Source: Candidatus Dojkabacteria bacterium (GTDB lineage Bacteria > Patescibacteriota > Dojkabacteria > SC72 > JAHDCA01). Taken from it: a stretch of DNA of 46,976 bases. Within the stretch, counting starts at the first letter, position 1. Every line of letters starts with the position of its first letter. Shown piece by piece: positions 18,706-27,806 of this stretch. Under the pieces are notes generated by a model, which saw only the letters and a list, made by a program, of their open reading frames with translations, did no database searches and was not told the DNA's origin. The DNA lies in the NCBI GenBank assembly GCA_027036675.1, contig JALWDW010000005.1, positions 1 through 46,976 on the forward strand, written 5' to 3'. A program made the position numbers and the translations under genes.

Positions 18706-19554
18706 TTAGGCTGAAGGCATCAAAAATCTGCGAAAGTTCTCATACGTTGTATCAATCACCCGACCTGCTGTAAGCCCCTTCGTTTCGGCCACCACCTCCG
18801 CTATTTCCAATATATCCACCGGTCGGCCAAACTTTTCCGTAGCGGCAACATGTTTGAGTTGCCTCCTGGTCTGAGTTGGTAAATACGGCGAATCGGTCTC
18901 CAACAAGATTTGCTCGATAGGTATTACATTTAACAACTCTCGGACATCCTTACCCGACGGATATGTGACAATCGCATTGACACCGATATAATATCCTTGA
19001 GCTATGATAGTTTCCAAAACGTCGGCCGTACCGGTATAGCTATGAAAGACAACCGGGTCGCTGAAATTATGCTCGGTCAATAACGCCAATGCCGACTTCA
19101 CAGCGATGTCCTCCCCCTTGACGTCGCGCGCATGTATTACCAAAGGCAACCCGCGGTCTACCGCAAGACGAATCTGACCTTCAAACAACAAATATTGCAA
19201 AGTATATAACTTTTCGAAATCGCTTTTGCTGACCCTGAAAAAATCGAAGCCACATTCTCCTATCGCGCTCACGTACTCGCTATGAACATCTACTGCACGT
19301 TCGAGCTTACGCAGGTCCTTCGCTACATCACGCTCTGTACGATCTGCGGTCAATATGCCGGGATGCAGTCCAAAAGAGTGAAAAATATTCATATTTGCAG
19401 GTATATTGTCAAGTTCGACCGATTTATATATATATTCAAAATCCTGTGCTATATTCAGTAAATCCTTCCCCCCATGCAATTGAAATTCGCGTAAAACCTC
19501 CGGCAAATGCGCCAACACCAACTCATCGGTCAAATGGATATGCGAGTCGTACAT
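18706..19554 (-). CDS. tatD: TatD-family DNase
   Basis: DSHIHL, GLHP, AIGECGFDF, LVIHARD, VFHSY, ILLETDSPYL. Confidence 0.93.
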   Translation of the reverse strand: MYDSHIHLTDELVLAHLPEVLREFQLHGGKDLLNIAQDFEYIYKSVELDNIPANMNIFHSFGLHPGILTADRTERDVAKDLRKLERAVDVHSEYVSAIGECGFDFFRVSKSDFEKLYTLQYLLFEGQIRLAVDRGLPLVIHARDVKGEDIAVKSALALLTEHNFSDPVVFHSYTGTADVLETIIAQGYYIGVNAIVTYPSGKDVRELLNVIPIEQILLETDSPYLPTQTRRQLKHVAATEKFGRPVDILEIAEVVAETKGLTAGRVIDTTYENFRRFLMPSA

Positions 19555-19560
19555 GGAAAT

Positions 19561-20844
19561 TCAACGTTGCAAATTATATTCTCTCAACACATCCAGCAAA
19601 GTCCCGTCACCACCCAAACGCCAGTACACCACCCCGGCAATATCATAACTCGTCACCAGATCAAAATGGTCGGACACCGACTCCTTCGACTGAAAATACA
19701 TGGTACATTGAATATGATTCCCACACTCATAGATGCTCATCGACTCACCTGTGGAGGCTATATACGATTGCTCCGTCTGCTCACCGAGGATGTCGGCGAC
19801 TTGCGTGTAAGTGTAAGAAGCCCGCCGACCGTCTGTACCCCATTCGTAAGCATACAACGGCAGACCGATTATCAATTTGTCCGCGGGTATGCGATCTTTT
19901 GCATAATCCATGATCTTAGTCAGCCAACCGGTCGGGGACACTGGACCGGGGTCGGGGTCGGCGGTATTGGTATAGTCGTAAGCCATCACTCGTACATAAT
20001 CCGCAATTTCCGCAATCCTAGCCCAGTCTTGCACCTGCCTTGTCTCAGGCGAGGACGAATAGGACACCCTACCCCATTTTGGTAATACAGTTACCGACAA
20101 AATCTTGTCCTTACGATGTAGTTTCCCTGCCAGCGCATCCAACATGAGAAAATAATTTTCTTTATCCTGCAAATATATTTGTTCGTAATCCAGATCTATA
20201 CCGTCGTATCCGTACGCATCCACTTCGTATACGATAGAGTTGATATGTCGCGTCATATTAACATCGGAATCCAGTACGGAATGCATCGTATCAGCGTCAA
20301 ACAAAGACACGGTAGGCACAACCGATATATCCCTATCCTCCTTCAAGTTCAACAGCTCTTTGTAAGTACCGGGTCGGCTGATTATCAAATCACCGTTGTT
20401 GTTCACATGGTACCAAACGGGAGATACCAAATTGACGAAAGAGTACCTCTTCACCGATTGCACACCCGCAGTATAATCCCATTGAGGTATCCACCCGCCG
20501 ATCAGCAAAGATCCACTACTACCCGTATCATTACCTACATCTTTTTCCTCGTCAACCGAAGACGATGATTTTTGGGTAATAATTTCTGTCTTATCCTCGC
20601 TCACGGGGTTTTGTGAATGATACTTTTCCACGTCAAACGGTACAAAATCGTCATCTTCGACCGCCTGTTGCACTGTAGTCCCCGTTTTTCCCGAGTCAGC
20701 CCCTGGCAACCATGTTTGCAATTTCGCATCCAGAACCGGTGAATAATTCTGATACAATAAGAAAGCTACAGATAAAACCAGCAATACAAATACGGCTTCT
20801 TTCAAAGATTTCAAGACTTGATAATTTCGCTTTTTCCCCTTCAT
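19561..20844 (-). CDS. Membrane-anchored glycoside hydrolase family 18
   Basis: N-terminal TM helix, VSPVWY, intact DGIDLDYE catalytic motif, VMAYDY, IIGLPLY, GVVYWRLG. Confidence 0.9.
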   Translation of the reverse strand: MKGKKRNYQVLKSLKEAVFVLLVLSVAFLLYQNYSPVLDAKLQTWLPGADSGKTGTTVQQAVEDDDFVPFDVEKYHSQNPVSEDKTEIITQKSSSSVDEEKDVGNDTGSSGSLLIGGWIPQWDYTAGVQSVKRYSFVNLVSPVWYHVNNNGDLIISRPGTYKELLNLKEDRDISVVPTVSLFDADTMHSVLDSDVNMTRHINSIVYEVDAYGYDGIDLDYEQIYLQDKENYFLMLDALAGKLHRKDKILSVTVLPKWGRVSYSSSPETRQVQDWARIAEIADYVRVMAYDYTNTADPDPGPVSPTGWLTKIMDYAKDRIPADKLIIGLPLYAYEWGTDGRRASYTYTQVADILGEQTEQSYIASTGESMSIYECGNHIQCTMYFQSKESVSDHFDLVTSYDIAGVVYWRLGGDGTLLDVLREYNLQR

Positions 20845-20882
20845 GATATACCCTCCATATGTACTGAAAGTATATCATTTAT

Positions 20883-22790
20883 CTACTTATATTTTGCCGG
20901 AATTCCGTTGCGTCTGGGTAAATTGAGTTCCGTGGCTATTTCCTTGAAAATCTCAACCCACGCCGGTACTACGTTTTCGGTGGAGAATTTTCCCACGCCC
21001 GGTTCTTCCAACCTCAATAGCATGATCATTTGAGCGTTGTGCGTCGGAGAAAATCCTATAAACGTCGTATTGTTGCGATCTTTGTAGTAACCGACCTTAC
21101 CGTTGCCCAACGGGATCTGCGCAGTACCAGTCTTACCTGCCACTGAGTAGTACGGTAGTACGTCGGTTTTCATAATCCACTTTGCATCCCCCTTACTTAC
21201 CGCATATTCCAACATATCCTGCACTTGATACGCTATATCAGGGTCGAATATATGCTCTTTCACAGCAGGTCGAGTGCGGATTTCTTCGGTATCATCCTTG
21301 ATGGAATCGATAATATACGGTTGCATCCTGTCCCCATGCGTATTTGCCAGTGAGCTAAACGCTGAGACCATCTGCAACGGGGTAACGGATTGCGACTGTC
21401 CAAAAGCGGCGACGGCAAGGTCCAAATCCAACCACTCCGACTCGGGCTTCACATAAGAAGTTGCTTCATCTTGCAGGCCTATATCGCTGAATTCTCCTAT
21501 CCCCAGCTTACCAAAGTATGGATAATATTTTTTAATCCCTATCTCTTGGCTGATCTGCGCGATACATGGGTTATTTGAATTCTTGAGAATATCTTCCAAC
21601 CTCTGCACACCGTCCGGATTTCTATCCCAGGTATATATCAAATGCTCATCCGTCGTACCTTCGTAAAAAGCATAATACCCTTTATCGTCATCGCAAATAT
21701 AATCACGTGGTATGGAACGAGTTTGTAGCCCGATGCCCACTGTCAACGGTTTGAAAACCGACCCAGGTTCGTATAAATCGGCCACCGCTTTGTTCTTTAG
21801 GATCCAAGATTCGCCAACCAACCAATATTGCCCGGGGTTGTAGTCCGGATAATTGGCCATCGCAATGATTTTGCCGGTTTGAGGGTCCATCAAAATCACT
21901 GAGCCACTTTTTGCTTGGTACTTCTCGACTTGTTCCTTGAGTTTGGACTCTACCAATGCTTGGATATGCGGTTGAATCGTCAATACGATGTCTTTACCCT
22001 CTCTGGCTTTGGTCCTGTCAAGATGCGTAGTCAGTATTGCGCTTCCCCCCGCATCCACTTCTATCGTATCGACACTTGTATCCGCTTTGATATCCCCATA
22101 AAAGAAACCTTGGACACCGTAAGCTCCGATATCTCGCCCTTTGTCATCCCTGCTGATAAACCCCAGTACGTGCGATGCCAGCCGATTGTTTGGATAAACG
22201 CGCCTTTGACTGGGAGAAAAGCGTAAAACAAATGCAGGCGATATACTATGCCCCTTCTCATCATGGAACGCATCAATCGCAAGCAATGCCTTCCTCTTTG
22301 TTTCGGACAACTTCCTAGGGTATCTGTAATACCGGAAATCATCTGTGAAATATTTATCCAAGTCGGCGGGATCGATATTCAAAATCTCTGAAGCCTGTGC
22401 GACAAACCCATCCTTTCCCGCAAAAAACTCCGACCTTTCTTGTTCTATGGAACTTAATTCAAACGTCAATTCCCAAGCAGGCTCATCGATAGCCAGTACC
22501 GTGCCGTCGGAGGCAAAGATCGTACCCCGTTTGGCTTCCGTGACGACCTCCGTCTTGTGAACGGCATCTGCTCCTACCGCCAATTCTTCATGCTTGAACA
22601 CCTGCCAATGCACCAATTGCGCAATGTTGGCGATTACAAGTAATATTAAGAACACTATAACCGCGCGAAGATTTCCCGCTGACAATCGCAAATCGTTGCT
22701 TACGGCGGTCCTCTGCCCACCAAAACGTCTTCTTCCATCAAAACCGCGTGTGACCATGGTGTTTCTCATACAAATAAGTAACGCTATCAC
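20883..22790 (-). CDS. ftsI: Class B penicillin-binding protein (FtsI/PBP3-like)
   Basis: TM anchor, AKRGTI, RRVYP, YEPGSVFK (SxxK), SNN (SxN), AGKTGTAQ (KTG); follows mraZ-rsmH-ftsL. Confidence 0.9.
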   Translation of the reverse strand: MIALLICMRNTMVTRGFDGRRRFGGQRTAVSNDLRLSAGNLRAVIVFLILLVIANIAQLVHWQVFKHEELAVGADAVHKTEVVTEAKRGTIFASDGTVLAIDEPAWELTFELSSIEQERSEFFAGKDGFVAQASEILNIDPADLDKYFTDDFRYYRYPRKLSETKRKALLAIDAFHDEKGHSISPAFVLRFSPSQRRVYPNNRLASHVLGFISRDDKGRDIGAYGVQGFFYGDIKADTSVDTIEVDAGGSAILTTHLDRTKAREGKDIVLTIQPHIQALVESKLKEQVEKYQAKSGSVILMDPQTGKIIAMANYPDYNPGQYWLVGESWILKNKAVADLYEPGSVFKPLTVGIGLQTRSIPRDYICDDDKGYYAFYEGTTDEHLIYTWDRNPDGVQRLEDILKNSNNPCIAQISQEIGIKKYYPYFGKLGIGEFSDIGLQDEATSYVKPESEWLDLDLAVAAFGQSQSVTPLQMVSAFSSLANTHGDRMQPYIIDSIKDDTEEIRTRPAVKEHIFDPDIAYQVQDMLEYAVSKGDAKWIMKTDVLPYYSVAGKTGTAQIPLGNGKVGYYKDRNNTTFIGFSPTHNAQMIMLLRLEEPGVGKFSTENVVPAWVEIFKEIATELNLPRRNGIPAKYK

Positions 22791-23146
22791 TCGGCCTGAG
22801 CGATATTATCCATATCCGTATAGTAACTTACCATATGTGTGGACGCGATATCGGCTTTGTGCAGATTTAGAGTTTCACCGGCGTATTCACTGATAATGAT
22901 CATCGATTGATTCCTGGCGTTTTCTTGGACGAGGTCGTGATTTGCGGATTCCAGGCGGGATTTCAATTGCAATGCGGATTCATATTCTTCACCTTTATTG
23001 CTCAATATCGCCATAGTGGTAAGTCGCGTCACAAAGAAAAGCAGGATCACGACCACATTGAGAGCAATCAGTAGTTTCTTCCGGCTAAATGCGCCGATGT
23101 GGGCTCCGCTGAATACAATTTGTTTTATTTTTCTTTTACTTATCAT
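22787..23146 (-). CDS. ftsL: FtsL-like cell division protein
   Basis: 119 aa, one TM helix followed by a heptad coiled coil; between rsmH and ftsI with 4-nt overlaps. Confidence 0.7.
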   Translation of the reverse strand: MISKRKIKQIVFSGAHIGAFSRKKLLIALNVVVILLFFVTRLTTMAILSNKGEEYESALQLKSRLESANHDLVQENARNQSMIIISEYAGETLNLHKADIASTHMVSYYTDMDNIAQAE

Positions 23147-24105
23147 GACTTTTCGATGACTCTCAATTTTGCACTTCTGGCTCGTTGATTTTTCGACACT
23201 TCCTTTTCGTCGGGTTTGATCACCTCATCCGTTATCAGTACACCATGCCCTTCTCCAACTTGTTCGTTGAAGAATTTTTTTACAATCCTGTCTTCCAACG
23301 AATGGAAAGATATGACAGCAAGACGCCCGCGGTAAGCAAGCAACTCGTAAGCACTTGTCAGTGCTTGGGACAGTGAGTCGAGCTCGCTGTTTACCGCAAT
23401 CCTCAAAGCTTGATAAACTCTGCTTTGAGTCTTGGTCAACAAAGCCGGTGATGCCACCGGTATAGCCTTACGTATCACCTCGTTGAGGTCACGTACAGTC
23501 TGAACCCCGGCCTTGTATTCTTTGATAGTCCGGGCGATCTTACTGGCATACCTTTCCTCGCCATACTCCCTGATAATGCTCGCCAATTGCTTCACATCCA
23601 ATACTGCAAGCAGATCGGATGCTTTCACACCAAGTCTCGTGTCCATCCTCATATCTAACGGTTGGTCCGAATTCGATTCCTTATAGCTAAACCCACGATT
23701 TTCGTAGTCCAGCTGTCTGGAGGACATTCCCAAATCAAACAGGACACCATGTACGGTAAATCGCATTTGTTCTTCTTCCTCTACATGACGCACAATCTGG
23801 TCGATCTTGGCGAAGTTTTCGTTGACCAATATCCACCGGCCTTCGTCCAGAAGGTCATGATATTTGCGTTTCACAAAATTTATCGCCTCGATATCTTGGT
23901 CAATACTGAGAAGTCGACATTTGGTCGGCATCCGGTTTAGGAGCATTTCGCTATGTCCCCCTTCACCGAGGGTGGCGTCAATATACAGAGGAGTGCTACT
24001 TTCAGACGATTCCGCCGGACTTCGACTTCCTGCGAGTAAATACTCTACCGCTTCTTCGAGCATTACGGTTGTATGATATTTTTTCAAAGAGCTACGATCT
24101 TCCAT
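23143..24105 (-). CDS. rsmH: 16S rRNA m4C1402 methyltransferase RsmH (MraW)
   Basis: YIDATLGEGGHS, LFDLGMSSRQLD, PLDMRMD, ALRIAVNSEL, VISFHSLEDRIVK, RARSAKLR. Confidence 0.97.
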   Translation of the reverse strand: MEDRSSLKKYHTTVMLEEAVEYLLAGSRSPAESSESSTPLYIDATLGEGGHSEMLLNRMPTKCRLLSIDQDIEAINFVKRKYHDLLDEGRWILVNENFAKIDQIVRHVEEEEQMRFTVHGVLFDLGMSSRQLDYENRGFSYKESNSDQPLDMRMDTRLGVKASDLLAVLDVKQLASIIREYGEERYASKIARTIKEYKAGVQTVRDLNEVIRKAIPVASPALLTKTQSRVYQALRIAVNSELDSLSQALTSAYELLAYRGRLAVISFHSLEDRIVKKFFNEQVGEGHGVLITDEVIKPDEKEVSKNQRARSAKLRVIEKS

Positions 24106-24107
24106 TT

Positions 24108-24542
24108 CTACACATTCTGAATTCCAGTCAGCCTTTGCGCCACTTCGCTTACGTTTTTGGCCAACTGATCCACTTTATTTTCCCACTTAGCTTTGTCCCA
24201 CACTTCTATCCAATTGATCAGACCTATGAAGACAATATCCGAATCAAGTTCCGCATATTGCCTCAACGCCTTGGGGATCACAAAACGTCCCTGTGCGTCA
24301 AGTTCGATTTCCTGAGCGCCCCCGACCAGAAATCTGGTGGAGTCTCGGACATCGGCATTTATGAAAGAGCCTTCGACGACTTCACGCGTGATAATGTCCC
24401 ACCGTGTTTTGTCTACGATCACCAAAGTTCCTTCAAAACCTCTTGTCAGGATGATTTCACCTGCAAATGCTTCTCGGAACTTCTTGGGGAATGCTGTTCT
24501 CCCCTTCGTATCGATTTTGGTAGCGATTTCTCCGGTAAGCAT
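24108..24542 (-). CDS. mraZ: Division/cell wall cluster repressor MraZ
   Basis: Two SpoVT/AbrB repeats, IDTKGRTAFP and LDAQGRFVIP, plus IEVWD. Start re-set to ATG 24542 (MLTGE). Confidence 0.95.
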   Translation of the reverse strand: MLTGEIATKIDTKGRTAFPKKFREAFAGEIILTRGFEGTLVIVDKTRWDIITREVVEGSFINADVRDSTRFLVGGAQEIELDAQGRFVIPKALRQYAELDSDIVFIGLINWIEVWDKAKWENKVDQLAKNVSEVAQRLTGIQNV

Positions 24543-24594
24543 TTGTTTTTTCGAAACTTTAGGATGGTAGAGGGTCGTTACTAGGTCGGGCCTC

Positions 24595-24619
24595 CCCACT
24601 TTTCACCACCCATCACCAC
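24595..24619 (-). promoter_or_regulatory. Three MraZ-binding DCW boxes
   Basis: Minus strand reads GTGGTgatggGTGGTgaaaaGTGGG: GTGG repeated with a 10-bp period just downstream of the promoter. Confidence 0.8.
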
Positions 24620-24623
24620 TATC

Positions 24624-24652
24624 AATTTACACGCTATCGGGACCGGTGTCAA
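24624..24652 (-). promoter_or_regulatory. Sigma70 promoter of the mraZ operon
   Basis: TTGACA-17 nt-TAAATT, immediately upstream of the DCW boxes. Confidence 0.7.
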
Positions 24653-24660
24653 GAATGTTT

Positions 24661-24738
24661 TCAGACCCGGGGTCGAAACCCAACCTTTGAACAGAAACCT
24701 CGTCGTGACAGCGGTGGTAACACGAAAATCGGGATTTT
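24661..24738 (+). repeat. Dispersed palindromic repeat family, copy D (5'-truncated)
   Basis: tcagacccggggtcgaaacccaacctttg-N34-gaaaatcgggatttt. Confidence 0.7.
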
Positions 24739-25103
24739 GCATATATGCAAAATCCGGCATGTGTACGGTATTTTTAGGTTTCGTGCCATGACGACGGGCT
24801 TTGTACGTAACACCCCGGATGGCTGTTGCAGACATGATTTAGCGTGGATGGTGCTCCCCACCCCTCGGCAGATTTCCTGTGACAGAGCCACTATTGGAGT
24901 CTATGCCTGTCTGACCTATATACAAAAGGTTAGGCTGCCGTTCGACTGCGCCGTATTAGCGGGTCGGACGCCTTGCCACCTTCGGTCGATGGAGAACAGA
25001 GTCCTTTTCCGACCTTCGGGTCGGGGTGCAGGGCTAGCTACGACGCTCAGCCGACCTTTTTGGCAACCATTCATCCTCAGGCTCGGGTACCACGCCGGGC
25101 ATA

Positions 25104-25341
25104 CAGGTCGGTCTCCGCCCGCGGGTGGGGGTGTCGGCCACAGTGCTTCATCCGCCCGTTGGCCAAACCTCCGGGCTCAAAGTGCGGGGAACCGTATCGG
25201 TCGTCAGGTCGGTCTCCGCCCGCGGGTGGGGGTATCGACCACAGTGCTTCATCCGCCCATTGGCCAATCCTCCGCCTCAAAGTGCGGGGAACCGTATCGG
25301 TCATCAGGTCGGTCTCCGCCCGCGGGTGGGGGGTTGCCACA
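25104..25341. repeat. GC-rich tandem repeat, ~2.4 units of 100-101 bp
   Basis: Units start at 25104, 25205 and 25305; all three share the identical 28-mer caggtcggtctccgcccgcgggtggggg; units 1 and 2 differ at only ~6-7 positions. Confidence 0.95.
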
Positions 25342-25636
25342 AACCCGCTTCTTCAGCCCGCAGTCCTGATGACACGCAGAGAACGCTAAACGACATAAAA
25401 ACCTCAGTACTCGCGAGACACACGGAAATCGTACACTGTCACAAGGATCGGGACAAGCAGACCTCTCCGATCTCTACGATAGATGGTGAGTAGAACCGCT
25501 ACCAGAGTGACAAACCTACGATAGCCCCGAAAGCCCTGGTATCACGGACAAGTTTACACACTGCAAAGTGAGTTCCCCGCAACCGTTTTCACAATAGCCT
25601 AAATCGGTTATCAGATTCACATCGCAAAAAACATCG

Positions 25637-25726
25637 AGATTCCCGATTTTCGGCCTGTTATGCTCATATCAACAAGCTTCAGACTCAAAGGGTGGGTACA
25701 ACCCCCGGGTCCGAACCCCGGCTTCG
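25637..25726 (-). repeat. Dispersed palindromic repeat family, copy E (inverted relative to D)
   Basis: Reverse complement: cgaagccggggttcggacccgggggttgtacccaccctttg-N34-gaaaatcgggaatct. Confidence 0.72.
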
Positions 25727-25793
25727 TGTCAGTTCCATCCAAAAAAAAATGGGGATCCAACCCCAGACACGAGCCCCTACCTCGCAACGCCTC

Positions 25794-27095
25794 CTACTCC
25801 GCCCATTCCACATCGGCGCCAAGTTTGTGCAAATTTTGCACAAAGTGTGGGTGCGCCCTTTTGATTGTATCGGCACTTTTGACTACACTACGCCCGGGAA
25901 TCGAAGCGCTCACCATAAACAACGCCACTGCCACACGGATAATATACGGAGCATCCACTACGGCAGGATTCAAGCGTTTCCCTCCAAACACAATCACTCT
26001 GTGAGGGTCGGACATATGAACATGAGCCCCAAATTTCATCAATTCCGTAATCCAATGCATTGCCCCCTCGTAAATTTTATTCCAAAACAACAATGTACCG
26101 TCTACCCTCGTCGCCAACGCCATAAACGGTGGCATCAAGTCCGCCGGAAAGTACGGCCACGGTGCGGCCTCGACTTTTCGCAACATATTTTTCTGTTCCG
26201 TGGGTTTCAACTGGAATGTGGAATCAGGCAATACTGTAACAGTATCCGAACCGATATCCAAATGCACACCAAGATTGTCAAACGTCTTGTAAATCAACCC
26301 CATATACTGTTGATCAGGCATATTGACTGTCACTTTACCACCTGTCATCGCGCCCAAAGCCAAGAAGGTCGCCACCTCGTAGTAGTCGTCCGTTACTCTA
26401 TGATTTACCGGCGTATTCGACAATTCTCGCACCCCTTCGATGCTCAGTTTGTTGGAACCTGCACCTTCTATTTGCGCTCCCAACTTCATCAAAAATTGCG
26501 ATAAGTCCTGCACCTGCGGTTCGGATGCGCTATTTAACAATATCGAATGGCCGTTCGCCATGATCGCACTCAAGATGAAGTTTTCAGTGGAAGTGACCCC
26601 TTGATAATCGGCCCAGTGTTCACAAGCTCGAAATTTATCCAGGATGGAAAATTCCCGACTCCCGTTGACTCCACGCACCTTGACACCCATTTTCTTCCAG
26701 AATTCATAATCAACTTCACTGTCGCGCACACCCAATGTACATCCCTTAAGCTTATTTGGAATTCGCACGGTTTTGTACCTGTGCAACAAGCCGGGGATCA
26801 ACAACTTCGCCGACCCCATATTTGTCGGGTACTTATCCATATTGGGTGAGGCATGCAAATGGGAATTATCAATCTGTAAAGTATTTTCGGCGCGTTGCCA
26901 CGTAATCTTGGAACCGATGCTTTTGAGGAAACGTAACATATTCCGCACATCTGTAATATCTGGCACGTTGGTAAACGTTACCGGTGCATCTGTGAAAAGC
27001 GTAGCCGGTATCAATGCGACTATCGAGTTTTTGTATCCCGACGGTGTGATTGTACCTTGTAACGGTTTCCCACCCTGAATTATCAGATCAGCCAT
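25794..27095 (-). CDS. murA: UDP-N-acetylglucosamine 1-carboxyvinyltransferase (divergent)
   Basis: IQGGKPLQGTI..SGYKNS (K22), NVPDITDV, GCTLGVR catalytic Cys loop, TENFILSA, ASEPQVQDL. Confidence 0.9.
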   Translation of the reverse strand: MADLIIQGGKPLQGTITPSGYKNSIVALIPATLFTDAPVTFTNVPDITDVRNMLRFLKSIGSKITWQRAENTLQIDNSHLHASPNMDKYPTNMGSAKLLIPGLLHRYKTVRIPNKLKGCTLGVRDSEVDYEFWKKMGVKVRGVNGSREFSILDKFRACEHWADYQGVTSTENFILSAIMANGHSILLNSASEPQVQDLSQFLMKLGAQIEGAGSNKLSIEGVRELSNTPVNHRVTDDYYEVATFLALGAMTGGKVTVNMPDQQYMGLIYKTFDNLGVHLDIGSDTVTVLPDSTFQLKPTEQKNMLRKVEAAPWPYFPADLMPPFMALATRVDGTLLFWNKIYEGAMHWITELMKFGAHVHMSDPHRVIVFGGKRLNPAVVDAPYIIRVAVALFMVSASIPGRSVVKSADTIKRAHPHFVQNLHKLGADVEWAE

Positions 27096-27150
27096 GGCGT
27101 AGTGTATGATATTTAGACGCCGACTTCAATATCTATGTTACAATACACGC

Positions 27151-27804
27151 ATGTCAACACTAAATCGGTACGGAAACCGAGGAACGTTTATCGCCATATA
27201 CGGGGCCAACGGCCTTGGCAAATCAATGCAAATGTCCAAGCTCTCGCATAAGCTCTTACACCAAGGACATGAATCGTTATTTTTATTGAAATACCCTTTG
27301 TACCAATTACGACCGACTGGTCCAATCATCAATGACATCTTGCGCAACCCGAAATCCTCCAAACGTAATATCGACGCCATGGAGTTACAGAAACTATATG
27401 TGCAAAATCGCATCGATTTTCAGGAAAACTTGATAGGTATTCTAAATTCGGGAATCAACGTCATCGCCGAAGACTATGTAGGCACCGGAATAGCATGGGG
27501 TATGAAAGCAGGCGCGTCACGTCGCGAACTGGAACTACTGAACTACGGGCTAATCGAACCCGACATTGTGATACTGCTGGATGGCGAAAGATACAAAACT
27601 GCTATAGAGAAAGGACATAGAAACGAAGACATCGACAACGTCGAATGGAATAAAGTTCGCAATATCTACCGCCAGCTCGCCGGTGAATACGGCTGGCAAG
27701 TAGTCGATGCAAACCAGAGCGCGACCAAAGTTCACCAAGATATATGGAAGCTGTTAAAGAACGAATTCAAATCATATAAACAACTTAAATTAACTTTAAG
27801 CTAA
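27151..27804 (+). CDS. tmk: Thymidylate kinase
   Basis: FIAIYGANGLGKS P-loop, LKYP, EPDIVILLD. Start placed at ATG 27151, 6 nt after TGtTACAAT. Confidence 0.82.
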   Translation: MSTLNRYGNRGTFIAIYGANGLGKSMQMSKLSHKLLHQGHESLFLLKYPLYQLRPTGPIINDILRNPKSSKRNIDAMELQKLYVQNRIDFQENLIGILNSGINVIAEDYVGTGIAWGMKAGASRRELELLNYGLIEPDIVILLDGERYKTAIEKGHRNEDIDNVEWNKVRNIYRQLAGEYGWQVVDANQSATKVHQDIWKLLKNEFKSYKQLKLTLS

Positions 27805-27806
27805 AA

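Noticed and set aside
25104..25341. CRISPR array
   Set aside because: The intervening segments are ~72 nt and nearly identical to each other rather than unique spacers; there is no AT-rich leader and no cas gene in the window.
24737..25493. ORFs of 122-210 aa across the tandem repeat
   Set aside because: Several frames are open because of high GC; the translations are repetitive and match no family.
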